Below the pieces are notes generated by a model, which was not told the DNA's origin, made no database searches, and saw only the letters and a list, made by a program, of their open reading frames with translations. A DNA stretch of 64,000 nucleotides from Octopus vulgaris (Eukaryota): positions 35,030,001 to 35,094,000 of the forward strand of contig OX597832.1 in assembly GCA_951406725.2 (NCBI GenBank), read 5' to 3'. Made by a program: the position numbers and the translations under genes. This document shows, piece after piece, positions 11,190 to 24,590 of the stretch (positions are counted from its first letter, which is position 1; each line of letters starts with the position of its first letter).

Positions 11190-11809
11190 CCAAAAGTTAA
11201 ACACACAGACACACACACAGATACACACACAGACACACAAGTTGAGTTTTATATATATAGATTTCTCAACGGGGATTTCAGGGGAGAGTTTCAGGGAATC
11301 GCTGGCAATGTATCGTGATGATCAAAAATCCGGCCTGCTAAAATTTGGTTAAAGTGATTCAAACTGCAGACTCAATGCAAAATGGTCACATTTAATTCAA
11401 AGCATTAAAAATGTTATGAAAACAATTGCTATGTGATCACAAAGACCAAACGATTAATACAAAAAAACCCTCCAGGCTACATCCCGAAAATTCATTTCTT
11501 TGCCGAATTTCTACAATGTTTACAGCGATTGGTTTTTATATTTTGATTTTTCATGCAATTTACACCAAACAGCTGACTGAGTAAAGTTCACTATTCAATG
11601 CATGGGATAAGGCCTAAACAAACACTATCGATTTTTGCACTTGCGAGATGAATTTCGGAACAGAAATAGTGCAGTTCAATTTTCATTCGCCTAAACTTTA
11701 AGTGACCCATTTTTGGTGGTTCTACGATTTGTTGGCTAGGAGGAGATGTGCCGGTAAGTTAAACACATAGACACACACAGACGCACAAGTTGAGTTTTAT
11801 AGATATAGA
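11190..11809 (-). mobile_element. Two further Helitron-type 5' ends in tandem
   Basis: Two copies of aagttaaacaca..(CA)n..caagttgagttttata(t/g)atatagat ending at 11261 and 11809. Confidence 0.65.
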
Positions 11810-12140
11810 TATCTTAAATCATAAAGGGGAGACGAGAATAGGCATATGTAATATGTATTATAATAAAATTTTGTATACAATGAAATCCAGTGGTTGGAAA
11901 TAAAGACTTGTGTAAAAGTTCAAGGGTGAAAGAATCCAATAAATACTGAGTTACATTACCATAATGACTCAAAAGATTAATAATAATAATTGGATTTTTC
12001 AAAAAAGATCTTTAATCTACTAAGAAAAATCAAATTCTGTAAAGTGAGCAATAGATTCAAGAGGACTCTAGAAGAAGGTCCAACTTACATGAAAAATTCC
12101 AACAAAAATTTCATACAGCTAGATCGGAATAAAAAGCTTG

Positions 12141-12268
12141 TTATATTGACCTCAAAAGGATGAAAGGCAAGGTTGATCTTGACAGAATTTGAACTCAGAA
12201 CACAAAGACAGATCAACTGCCACTAAGCATTTTTGCCTGGCATGCTAACATTTCTCCCAGCTCACTGC
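12141..12268 (-). mobile_element. tRNA-derived SINE (degenerate)
   Basis: Reverse complement of the GAGCTGGCAGAA..GAGTTCAAATTC..CCTTTCATCCTTT family seen at 39083. Confidence 0.7.
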
Positions 12269-12509
12269 TCAAAATACAATTATATTTGAAATAATAATTT
12301 TATGGAAATCGTTCTGTATTATGTATTAGTTATCCTAATCTGTTATATTGTCTAATTATTCAGCCTGAAATAATGTTATAAAAATATTATAATTCATGTC
12401 TTGGTTTGGTCTTTAGCCTCGTTATGTCATGCAATGCAACAATAAATTCGTTTTGGTCTCTCATTTAGATATGTTTTTTCTATCACAGTATTTTGCCAAC
12501 TGTTACAGT

Positions 12510-12873
12510 CATCATTATCATCATCGTTTAACGTCTGCTTTCCATGCTAGCATGGGTTGGACGATTTTGACTGAGGGCTGGCGAACCAGATGGCTGCACC
12601 AGGCTCCAATCTTGATCTGGCAATGTTTCTACAGCTGGATGCCCTTCCTAACGTCAACCACTCTGAGAGTGTAGTGGTTGCTTTTACGTGCCACCGGCAC
12701 GGGGGCCAGTCAGGCGGTACTGGCAACAACCTCGCTCGAATCTTTTTACACATGCCACCGGCACAGGTGCCAGTAAGGCGATGTTGGTAACAATCATGCT
12801 CGAATGGTGCCCTTTTTACGTGCCACAGCATGGGGGCCAGTCAGGCAGTACTGGCAATGACCTCGCTCAAATT
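12510..12873 (-). mobile_element. Solo RTE 3'-UTR copy
   Basis: Same conserved 3' end and tandem units. Confidence 0.85.
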
Positions 12874-13971
12874 TTTGTCTTTTCTTTTATAAGTTTAACC
12901 TCTTCAGCACTTTTCCCCACATCTTCTATAGTCTTCCACTTTCACATTTTCCATTAACTTGGAGAACATGATACTTTTTTTTTATTTACCAACTTCCTTT
13001 TTACTCATCGCCTGCTGATGTCAGCCCAGTCTTCTCTTTTGCACACTACCACATCTGGTTCCTCATATATATCTAGCTTTTCAGTAATCCATTTGCAATT
13101 CAGTGTTAATGTATACCAGTATTACATGTCCAGCAGAGCATACTCCACTCATTTCTTTTCATCTTTGGCAAATTCTTTGCTTTCATAAGCCTGTATCTTG
13201 TTATCATGCAGCTTCAAACTTTGTTTACCAGTATCATGCAATCTACTTTCCAATCTGAGACAGACACCCTTTCTTACCACTGGACGAAATAAATAGTTCT
13301 TTTGCTTTTCCACCCTGTTATGGCACCCTGCTTTCAGAACACACACACTACTGATAAGGTTACCTAGATAACACCAACTGTGAAAGAATTCTTGGTATCC
13401 TGCCAGATATTAAGAACAGTCTGTTTCATGAGTACTCTTACTGCTAGTAGCTCCTGTGCATTCTTCCACTTATCAGTCTACCATCTCTGTTAGTCTGTCT
13501 GTGATACCATTTTGATCTCTTGTATTCCTATAGTTTTCACTAGTTTCACTTTATGGAATTTGTGTCAACTTTTTTTTGTATATTGAGCATGATCCTTTTC
13601 TTGAATGTTGAAGGGTCCTGTATCCTTCCCTGATTACTAAAACTTCAGTATTTGTTAAGTTTACTTTGAGGCTTCATGATTCTATGTCTGGAACTTATTG
13701 CTGGCTCTCACCTTCCTCATAACATCCCTGGACATGGTTTCTACTGTTACCACAAACCATTCATCTAGGCTTACCTTCCCCAGATATTGCTGAACCCTAT
13801 AAATGGCTTTCAGATTAATGAGTATTAGTTGAAGTTACTCCTGGCTAAGTATTTCTTTTCAATAGGAGAAGCATACTAGTGATATGCTGACCTACCACAA
13901 ACCTACATCTCATCTCATCTAATTTTATCTTGACAAGTAGTTGTGTATTTTGGATAATAAAAGGGTGAAAA

Positions 13972-14304
13972 ACCCTTTCAGTCTTGAATGACCATAGGAT
14001 TGCACCTAGAAGGTTCCTCTCCAAGGCACAAGTCTAGGCAAGGTTGTTTATAGAAGACCAACAGTCACCCATGCATACCAGCCTCTCCCTCTCCACGCCA
14101 TCAATGGTATCTAAGGGTAAAGCAAGGGCCAATACAGCTTGGCACCAGTGATATTGCAACTCACTTCTACAGCTGAGTGAACTGGACAACATGAAATAAA
14201 GTGTTTTTATTCAAGAACCCAACATACAGTGCGGTTCAGGAATCAAAACTCACTATTTCATGATTGTGAGCCCAACACTCGAATCACCGAGCCATGTACC
14301 TTCA
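13972..14304 (-). mobile_element. tRNA-derived SINE, second family
   Basis: Minus strand TGGCTCGGTG..TTTGATTCC head, CORE-like centre; matches 3221 and 59944. Confidence 0.6.
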
Positions 14305-14312
14305 TCAACTTA

Positions 14313-17132
14313 CATAATCATCGTTTAACGTCCGCTTTCCATGCTAGCATGGGTTGGATGATTCAACTGGGGTCTGGGAAGCCCGAAGGCTGCACCAGGC
14401 CAGTCATATCTGGCGGTGTTTCTACAGCTGGATGCCCTTCCTAACGCCAACCACTCCGTAATTGTAGTGGGTGCTTTTTATGTGCCACTGACACAGGTGC
14501 CAGACGAGGCTGGCGAACGGCCATGCGCGGATGGTGTTTTTTACGTGCCACCGGCATGGAGGCCAGGCAAGGCTGGCACAGCCATGATCGGATGGTGTTT
14601 GTTACGTGCCACCAGCACGGAGGCCAGTCGATGCGGTCCTGGCTACGGCCATGTTCGGATGGTTCTCTTATGTGCCACTGGCACTGGTACCACAAACTAC
14701 ATATTCCATTGATGTGGATCGATTTTGATTTTGATTTGATTCTTTGATTTTGATTTTCACTTGCCTCAACAGGTCTTCACAGTAGAGTTATGTGTCCCAA
14801 GAAGGAAGGTATGCACAGGTGGACTGACTACGTCCCAGGTAGGGGCCACGGGTTATGGCCTCACTTATCCTGCCGGGTCTTCTCACGCACAGCATACTTC
14901 CAAAGGTCTCGGTCTCTGGTCATTTCCTCGGTGAGACCTAAAGAGCGAAGGTCGTGCTTCACCACCTCGTCCCAGGTTTTCCTGGGTCTACCTCTTCCAC
15001 AGGTTCCCTCAACCGCTAGGGTTTGGCACTTTTTCATACAACTATCTTCATCCATTCTTACCACGTGTCCATACCAGCGTAAACGTCTCTCATGCACACC
15101 ACATCTGATGCTTCTTAGGTCCAACTTTTCTCTCAAGGCACTTACACTCTGTCGGGTATGATCACTGACATTACACATCCATCGGAGCATACTGGCTTCA
15201 TTTCTTGCGAGCTTATGCATATCCTCAGCAGTCACGGCCCATGTTTCACTGCAATGTAGCATGGCTGTTCGTACACATGCGTCATACAGTCTGCCTTTTA
15301 CTCTGAGCGAGAGGCCTTTTGTCACCAGCAGAGGTAAGAGCTCTCTGAACTTTGCCCAGGCTATTCTTACTCTAGCAGTTACACTTTCGGCACCCCCACC
15401 CCCACTACTGACTTGATCACCTAGGTAATGGAAACTATCAACTATTTCTAGTTTTTCTCCTTGGAATGTGGCGGAAAACGGTCTCTGCACATTTTCAGTG
15501 TTTATTGCACTAGAGCATCTGCCACATACAAAAACTATATTCCTAGTTAGCCTTCCTTTGACATTGCTGCACCTCTTATGTGTCCATAGCTTACACTTGG
15601 TGCATCTTATAGAGTTCCTACCTACGCCTTTTCTACAGATCGAGCAGAGCCATCTACCTTAAGGCATTTGAGATTTGTCTACCTTCCTACTTTTTAGGAC
15701 TTTGGTTTTAGCTAGATTGACTTTAAGGCCCTTCGATTCTAATCCTTGCTTCCACACCTGAAACTTCTCCTCGAGTTCTGATAATGATTCAGCAATTAGA
15801 GCAAGGTCATCAGCATAGAGGAACTCCCAGGGGCATCCTGTCTTGAATTCCTCCGTTATTGCCTGGAGGATTATGATAAATAGGAGGGAGCTGAGGACTG
15901 AGCCTTGGTGGACACAAACCTCCACCCGGAATTCTTCACTGTATTCGTTGCCAACCCTCACCTTACTAACAGCGTCCCTGTACATGGCATGCACAGCTCT
16001 CACTAACCATTCATCTATCCCTAGTTTCCTCATTGACCACGAGATAAGGGAACGGGGGACCCTGTCAAAGGCTTTCTTCAAGTCAATGAAAGCCAGGTAC
16101 AGAGTTTTATCTTTGGCTAGGCATTTCTCCTGCAGCTGTCTCACCAGAAATATGGCATCGGTGGTGCTTTTCCCTGGCACGAAACCAAACTGCATCTTGT
16201 CCAGGTTGACTCTCTCTCTAATCAGTTGGGCTATGACCCTTTCCGTAACCTTCATCACCTGATCCAGCAGCTTGATACTTCTGTAATTACTTGTATCTAG
16301 GGCGTCACCTTTACCTTTGTAGCAGTTGACTATTATGCTACTACACCAGTCATTGGGTATGACTCCTTCGTGTATCACCTGGTTAACTATACGGGTGACT
16401 AGGCTATAGCCGACACTGCCAGATATTTTGAGCATCTCAGCAGTAATTCCTGATGGGCATGGGGCTTTCCCTGTCTTCATGCTTCTAATTGCCTTAACTA
16501 CCATGGAACTGTCAACTCGGATAGCTGGTCCCTCTATTGGGTTGACATTCAGCAGACTCTCTTTATCCCATTCATTCTCTTTTTGAGCAACCTTTCATAG
16601 TGGTGTCTCCAAACCTCTCTCTTTGCATTCTCATTTAGCGCAAGTGAACCATCTTTCATGCAAACACATTTCTCTCCTACCACATCACGATTCTCTCTCA
16701 CACACTGTCTTGTAACATGAAACACCTCAAGTCTTTGGTCCTCACGGCGCAGAACATTGGCAAATTTTTTCTTATCTCCTTCCCCTCTGGCTAAATATAC
16801 CTGTCTCCTAGCTTCTCTTTTCGCAGTCTGATACACTTCCCTACTACCGCCATTCCTCCAGTCCTTCCAGGCCTGTCTCTTGTCTCTAATAGCCCTGTCT
16901 ACAACATTGTTCCACCACCACGTTACCCTGGGACGAGATGGGACTTTGCTCCATCCACAGATCTGGTCATTGGCTGTCAGCAGATTGTCCCATAGAAACC
17001 TCCAGTTGGCTTCCACATTATGTGATGCTATATCCCCTTCTATTTTGTCGAAAGCTTCAAGTAGAACTTCTCTAAATCTCCGTCCATTTTCAGGATCTTT
17101 AAGTTTCCAGACCCTTCTCCTAATATGCTTCA
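14313..17132 (-). mobile_element. 5'-truncated RTE-clade LINE, same family as 662-2649
   Basis: ORF fragments 16549-17133, 15659-16504, 14861-15490 (YADD, PHD insert near 15518-15650); 3' UTR with (AATCAA)n, tandem units and tail. Confidence 0.93.
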
Positions 17133-17255
17133 TTAATTTGATGCTTCTGTAGTTTCCCTTCTCTAGACTTTTCTAAGTTTCTAGAGTGATACTACTATAC
17201 AAACCATTGAATATGACACCATCTTGTACTATTTAATCAACTGAGTAAATAGCAT

Positions 17256-20200
17256 ATCATCATCATCATTGTTTAACGGCCGTTTTCCGTGCTAGCACGA
17301 GTTGGACAGTTCGACCGGGGTCTGGGAAGCCAGAAGGCTACACCAGGCTCTAATCTGATCTGGCAGTGTTTCTACAGCTGGATGCCCTTCCTAACGCCAA
17401 CCACTCCATGAGTGTAGTGGGTGCTTTTTATGTGTCGCTGGCACAGAAGCCAGTCAAGGCGGAGCTGGCATCGGCCACATTTGGATGGTGCTTTTTATGT
17501 GTTGCCGGCACAGAAGCCAGTCAAGGCAGCGCTGGCATCAGCCACGTTCGGATGGTGCTTTTTATGTGTCGCTGGCACAGAAGCCAGTCAAGGCGGAGCT
17601 GGCATCGGCCACATTTGGATGGTGCTTTTTATGTGTTGCCGGCACAGAAGCCAGTCAAGGCAACGCTGGCATCAGCCACGTTCGGATGGTGCTTTTTATG
17701 TGTCGCTGGCACAGAAGCCAGTCAAGGCGGAGCTGGCATCGGCCACATTTGGATGGTGCTTTTTATGTGTTGCCGGCACAGAAGCCAGTCAAGGCAGCGC
17801 TGGCATCAGCCACGTTCAGATGGTGCTTTTTATGTGTCGCCGGCACAGAAGCCAGTCAAGGCAGCGCTGGCATCAGCCACGTTCGGATGGTGCTTTTTAT
17901 GTGTCGCTGGCACAGAAGCCAGTCAAGGCGGAGCTGGCATCGGCCACATTTGGATGGTGCTTTTTATGTGTTGCCGGCACAGAAGCCAGTCACGGCAGCG
18001 CTGGCATCAGCCACGTTCGGATGGTGCTTTTTATGTGTCGCCGGCACAGAAGCCAGTCAAGGCAGCGCTGGCATCAGCCACGTTCGGATGGTGCTTTTTA
18101 TGTGTCGCTGGCACAGAAGCCAGTCAAGGCGGCGCTGGCATCAGCCACGTTCGGATGGTGCTTTTTATGTGTCGCCGGCACAGAAGCCAGTCAAGGCAGC
18201 GCTGGCATCAGCCACGTTCGGATGGTGCTTTTTATGTGTCACTGGCACAGAAGCCAGTCAAGGCGGCGCTGGCATCGGCCACATTTGGATGGTGCTTTTT
18301 ATGTGTTGCCGGCACAGAAGCCAGTCAAGGCGGCGCTGGCATCGGCCACGTTCGGATGGTGCTTTTTATGTGTCGCCGGCTCAGAAGCCAGTCAAGGCTG
18401 CGCTGGCATCAGCCACGTTCGGATGGTGCTTTTTATGTGTCGCCGGCACAGAAGCCAGTCAAGGCAGCGCTGGCATCAGCCACGTTTGGATGGTGCTTTT
18501 TATGTGTTGCCGGCACAGAAGCCAGTCAAGGCAGCGCTGGCATCAGCCACGTTCGGATGGTGCTTTTTATGTGTCGCCGGCACAGAAGCCAGTCAAGGCA
18601 GCGCTGGCATCAGCCACGTTCGGATGGTGCTTTTTATGTGTTGCCGGCACAGAAGCCAGTCAAGGCAGCGCTGGCATCAGCCACGTTCGGATGGTGCTTT
18701 TTATGTGTCGCTGGCACAGAAGCCAGTCAAGGCGGCGCTGGCATCGGCCACATTTGGATGGTGCTTTTTATGTGTTGCCGGCACAGAAGCCAGTCAAGGC
18801 AGCGCTGGCATCAGCCACGTTCGGATGGTGCTTTTTATGTGTCGCTGGCACAGAAGCCAGTCAAGGCGGCGCTGGCATCGGCCACATTTGGATGGTGCTT
18901 TTTATGTGTTGCCGGCACAGAAGCCAGTCAAGGCAGCGCTGGCATCGGCCACGTTCGGATGGTGCTTTTTATGTGTCGCTGGCACAGAAGCCAGTCAAGG
19001 CAGCGCTGGCATCAGCCACGTTCGGATGGTGCTTTTTATGTGTTGCCGGCACAGAAGCCAGTCAAGGCAGCGCTGGCATCGGCCACGTTCGGATGGTGCT
19101 TTTTATGTGTCGCTGGCACAGAAGCCAGTCAAGGCAGCGCTGGCATCAGCCACGTTCGGATGGTGCTTTTTATGTGTCGCTGGCACAGAAGCCAGTCAAG
19201 GCGGCGCTGGCATCGGCCACATTTGGATGGTGCTTTTTATGTGTTGCCGGCACAGAAGCCAGTCAAGGCGGAGCTGGCATCGGCCACGTTCGGATGGTGC
19301 TTTTTATGTGTCGCCGGCACAGAAGCCAGTCAAGGCAGCGCTGGCATCAGCCACGTTCGGATGGTGCTTTTTATGTGTCGCCGGCACAGAAGCCAGTCAA
19401 GGCAGCGCTGGCATCGGCCACGTTTGGATGGTGCTTTTTATGTGTCGCCGGCACAGAAGCCAGTCAAGGCAGCGCTGGCATCAGCCACGTTCGGATGGTG
19501 CTTTTTATGTGTCGCTGGCACAGAAGCCAGTCAAGGCGGCGCTGGCATCGGCCACATTTGGATGGTGCTTTTTATGTGTTGCCGGCACAGAAGCCAGTCA
19601 AGGCAGCGCTGGCATCAGCCACGTTCGGATGGTGCTTTTTATGTGTCGCTGGCACAGAAGCCAGTCAAGGCGGCGCTGGCATCGGCCACATTTGGATGGT
19701 GCTTTTTATGTGTTGCCGGCACAGAAGCCAGTCAAGGCAGCGCTGGCATCAGCCACGTTCGGATGGTGCTTTTTATGTGTCGCTGGCACAGAAGCCAGTC
19801 AAGGCAGCGCTGGCATCAGCCACGTTCGGATGGTGCTTTTTATGTGTCGCTGGCACAGAAGCCAGTCAAGGCAGCGCTGGCATCAGCCACGTTCGGATGG
19901 TGCTTTTTATGTGTTGCCGGCACAGAAGCCAGTCAAGGCAGCGCTGGCATCAGCCACGTTCGGATGGTGCTTTTTATGTGTCGCTGGCACAGAAGCCAGT
20001 CAAGGCGGCGCTGGCATCGGCCACATTTGGATGGTGCTTTTTATGTGTTGCCGGCACAGAAGCCAGTCAAGGCAGCGCTGGCATCAGCCACGTTCGGATG
20101 GTGCTTTTTATGTGTCGCTGGCACAGAAGCCAGTCAAGGCGGCGCTGGCATCGGCCACATTTGGATGGTGCTTTTTATGTGTTGCCGGCACAGAAGCCAG

Positions 20201-23200
20201 TCAAGGCAGCGCTGGCATCGGCCACGTTCGGATGGTGCTTTTTATGTGTCGCCGGCACAGAAGCCAGTCAAGGCAGCGCTGGCATCGGCCACATTTGGAT
20301 GGTGCTTTTTATGTGTTGCCGGCACAGAAGCCAGTCAAGGCGGCGCTGGCATCGGCCACGTTCGGATGGTGCTTTTTATGTGTCGCCGGCACAGAAGCCA
20401 GTCAAGGCAGCGCTGGCATCAGCCACGTTCGGATGGTGCTTTTTATGTGTCGCTGGCACAGAAGCCAGTCAAGGCGGCGCTGGCATCGGCCACATTTGGA
20501 TGGTGCTTTTTATGTGTTGCCGGCACAGAAGCCAGTCAAGGCAGCGCTGGCATCGGCCACATTTGGATGGTGCTTTTTATGTGTTGCCGGCACAGAAGCC
20601 AGTCAAGGCGGCGCTGGCATCGGCCACGTTCGGATGGTGCTTTTTATGTGTCGCCGGCACAGAAGCCAGTCAAGGCAGCGCTGGCATCAGCCACGTTCGG
20701 ATGGTGCTTTTTATGTGTCGCTGGCACAGAAGCCAGTCAAGGCGGCGCTGGCATCGGCCACATTTGGATGATGCTTTTTATGTGTTGCCGGCACAGAAGC
20801 CAGTCAAGGCAGCGCTGGCATCAGCCACGTTCGGATGGTGCTTTTTATGTGTCGCTGGCACAGAAGCCAGTCAAGGCGGCGCTGGCATCGGCCACATTTG
20901 GATGGTGCTTTTATGTGTTGCCGGCACAGAAGCCAGTCAAGGCAGCGCTGGCATCGGCCACGTTCGGATGGTGCTTTTTATGTGTCGCCGGCACAGAAGC
21001 CAGTCAAGGCAGCGCTGGCATCGGCCACATTTGGATGGTGCTTTTTATGTGTTGCCGGCACAGAAGCCAGTCAAGGCGGCGCTGGCATCGGCCACGTTCG
21101 GATGGTGCTTTTTATGTGTCGCCGGCACAGAAGCCAGTCAAGGCAGCGCTGGCATCAGCCACGTTCGGATGGTGCTTTTTATGTGTCGCCGGCACAGAAG
21201 CCAGTCAAGGCAGCGCTGGCATCGGCCACGTTTGGATGGTGCTTTTTATGTGTCGCCGGCACAGAAGCCAGTCAAGGCAGCGCTGGCATCAGCCACGTTC
21301 GGATGGTGCTTTTTATGTGTCGCTGGCACAGAAGCCAGTCAAGGCGGCGCTGGCATCGGCCACATTTGGATGGTGCTTTTTATGTGTTGCCGGCACAGAA
21401 GCCAGTCAAGGCAGCGCTGGCATCAGCCACGTTCGGATGGTGCTTTTTATGTGTCGCCGGCACAGAAGCCAGTCAAGGCAGCGCTGGCATCAGCCACGTT
21501 CGGATGGTGCTTTTTATGTGTCGCTGGCACAGAAGCCAGTCAAGGCGGCGCTGGCATCGGCCACATTTGGATGGTGCTTTTTATGTGTTGCCGGCACAGA
21601 AGCCAGTCAAGGCAGCGCTGGCATCAGCCACGTTCGGATGGTGCTTTTTATGTGTCGCTGGCACAGAAGCCAGTCAAGGCAGCGCTGGCATCAGCCACGT
21701 TCGGATGGTGCTTTTTATGTGTCGCTGGCACAGAAGCCAGTCAAGGCAGCGCTGGCATCAGCCACGTTCGGATGGTGCTTTTTATGTGTTGCCGGCACAG
21801 AAGCCAGTCAAGGCAGCGCTGGCATCAGCCACGTTCGGATGGTGCTTTTTATGTGTCGCTGGCACAGAAGCCAGTCAAGGCGGCGCTGGCATCGGCCACA
21901 TTTGGATGCTGCTTTTTATGTGTTGCCGGCACAGAAGCCAGTCAAGGCAGCGCTGGCATCAGCCACGTTCGGATGGTGCTTTTTATGTGTCGCTGGCACA
22001 GAAGCCAGTCAAGGCGGCGCTGGCATCGGCCACATTTGGATGGTGCTTTTTATGTGTTGCCGGCACAGAAGCCAGTCAAGGCAGCGCTGGCATCAGCCAC
22101 GTTCGGATGGTGCTTTTTATGTGTCGCTGGCACAGAAGCCAGTCAAGGCAGCGCTGGCATCGGCCACATTTGGATGGTGCTTTTTATGTGTTGCCGGCAC
22201 AGAAGCCAGTCAAGGCAGCGCTGGCATCAGCCACGTTCGGATGGTGCTTTTTATGTGTCGCCGGCACAGAAGCCAGTCAAGGCAGCGCTGGCATCAGCCA
22301 CGTTCGGATGGTGCTTTTTATGTGTCGCTGGCACAGAAGCCAGTCAAGGCAGCGCTGGCATCGGCCACATTTGGATGGTGCTTTTTATGTGTTGCCGGCA
22401 CAGAAGCCAGTCAAGGCAGCGCTGGCATCAGCCACGTTCGGATGGTGCTTTTTATGTGTTGCCGGCACAGAAGCCAGTCAAGGCAGCGCTGGCATCGGCC
22501 ACATTTGGATGGTGCTTTTTATGTGTTGCCGGCACAGAAGCCAGTCAAGGCAGCGCTGGCATCAGCCACGTTCGGATGGTGCTTTTTATGTGTCGCCGGC
22601 ACAGAAGCCAGTCAAGGCAGCGCTGGCATCAGCCACGTTCGGATGGTGCTTTTTATGTGTCGCTGGCACAGAAGCCAGTCAAGGCGGCGCTGGCATCGGC
22701 CACATTTGGATGGTGCTTTTTATGTGTCGCCGGCACAGAAGCCAGTCAAGGCGGCGCTGGCATCGGCCACGTTCGGATGGTGCTTTTTATGTGTCGCTGG
22801 CACAGAAGCCAGTCAAGGCAGCGCTGGCATCGGCCACGTTCGGATGGTGCTTTTTATGTGTCGCCGGCACAGAAGCCAGTCAAGGCAGCGCTGGCATCGG
22901 CCACGTTCGGATGGTGCTTTTTATGTGTCGCCGGCACAGAAGCCAGTCAAGGCGGCGCTGGCATCGGCCACGTTCGGATGGTGCTTTTTATGTGTCGCCG
23001 GCACAGAAGCCAGTCAAGGCGGCGCTGGCATCGGCCACGTTCGGATGGTGCTTTTTATGTGTCGCCGGCACAGGGATCATAACTCCAATTTCCATTTGGT
23101 TTTTTGATGTTGATGTACTTGACTCAATAGGTCTCCTCAAGCACAGCAGGTCACCCTATGATCCAAGGTAAACACAGCAGGTCGTTCTGCAATCCAAGGT

Positions 23201-23265
23201 ACTTTGGATGGGCTGGGGCTGCTATGCGAAACTGGTACAGGACACATCCATGAACTCACATTATT
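17256..23265 (-). mobile_element. RTE 3'-UTR-derived element carrying a giant internal tandem array
   Basis: (CAT)n tail and conserved 3' end at 17256-17420; UTR-like unique flank at 23074-23265. Confidence 0.85.
17420..23073. repeat. 67-bp minisatellite, about 84 near-identical copies
   Basis: Unit GGATGGTGCTTTTTATGTGTCGCCGGCACAGAAGCCAGTCAAGGCAGCGCTGGCATCAGCCACGTTC; period measured 17483 to 17550. Confidence 0.97.
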
Positions 23266-24021
23266 TATGACTTCACCAAATATTTTCAGTATTTCATCTG
23301 TTCTCCTAACCTTCATTTCTTTGCTCACACTTTTAATTGTTTAGCTGTCAACTCCAATGGCTGGCCCCTCTGCAGATGAAATTGTATTAAGCCCTCTGCT
23401 TCCCATACATTCTCCTTATTCAATAACTTTTTATGAGAAAAAAAAGTATAACACTTCAAAAAAAGCTATATGGAAGTGTTCCATATAGCTTTTTCTTAAG
23501 TGTCACACTTTTTCCAAACAGCTTAATTTTAGTACAATACTTTGCTGTCATGAACACCCTGTGTTTCTGATACTCATGCTTTACAACAAAACAAATCTCT
23601 TACTTTTGACTTCATACCTTACTAAGTGTATATGACATCTATTTTCGTTTTTTTTTTTTTTTCTGTCTACTTAATATTACTGTTTGTGCTCCCCATTCTT
23701 CCTGACTTTCCAGGCTTCTCTCTTAGATTTATATATCTAGAGTATTATTTCACTGTCAGGTGGAATAATACCATAGATATAAACCTCTTCTGTTGTTTGC
23801 AATAGGTTCTTTTACAGAGACTTCCAACCCTATGCTATAAGTTTCTATCTCTTTCTGCCTCCTGTCACATATGCCAGCTAGTACTTCTTTGAACCTATAT
23901 CTAGCCATGGCGTCTTTTGGCCTCCATACTTTCCTTCATGAGATTGTTTTGTGTCCTTGATTCCATCTTACTCTTATCCTGAGCTTGTTGATTACTAATT
24001 TTTGCTGAGTTGTTTATTTTC

Positions 24022-24590
24022 CAAGTGAAATCAAAGTCAAAATCAAATTCGATGACTGGCGTCTGTGCTTCAGGGTGCAAAGAGCACCAGACAAGTGTGA
24101 TCATTGACAGAGCGGCTAACTGGCTTCAGTGCCAGTAGCACTTAAAAGGCACCATTCGAGCGTGATTGTTACCAGCATCACCTTACTGGCACTCGAGCCC
24201 TGTGCTTGTAGGGTATTAAGAGCACCATCCAAGCGAGATCGTTGCCAGCGCGGCTAACTGGCCTCCGTGTTTGTGACGCGTAAGACACCATTCGAGCGTG
24301 ATCATTACCAGCATCGTCTTACTGGCACCTGTGCCAGTGGCATGTGTAAAAAGATTCGAGTTAGGTCGTTGCCAGTACCACCTGACTGGCCCCTGTGCCG
24401 GTGGCATGTAAAAGCACCCACTACACTCTTGGAGTGGTTGGCATTAGGACGGGCATCCAGCTGTAGAAACATTGCCAGATCAAGATTGGAGCCTGGTGCA
24501 GCCATCTGGTTTGCCAGACTTCAGTCGAATCGTCCAACCCATGCTAGCATGGAAGGCGGACGTTAAACGATGATGATAATGATGATGGTG
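24022..24590 (+). mobile_element. Solo RTE 3'-UTR copy
   Basis: (AATCAA)-like head, about 5 units, conserved end, (GAT)n tail. Confidence 0.87.

Noticed and set aside
17420-23073. CRISPR-like repeat-spacer array next to a reverse transcriptase
   Set aside because: There are no unique spacers (units are near-identical end to end), no cas genes, the context is a eukaryotic intron, and the RT is an RTE LINE.
17366-23171. 778-1913 aa ORFs as protein-coding genes
   Set aside because: They are three frames of the same 67-bp tandem unit inside an intron, with no unique domain; variation follows CpG decay rather than codon position.
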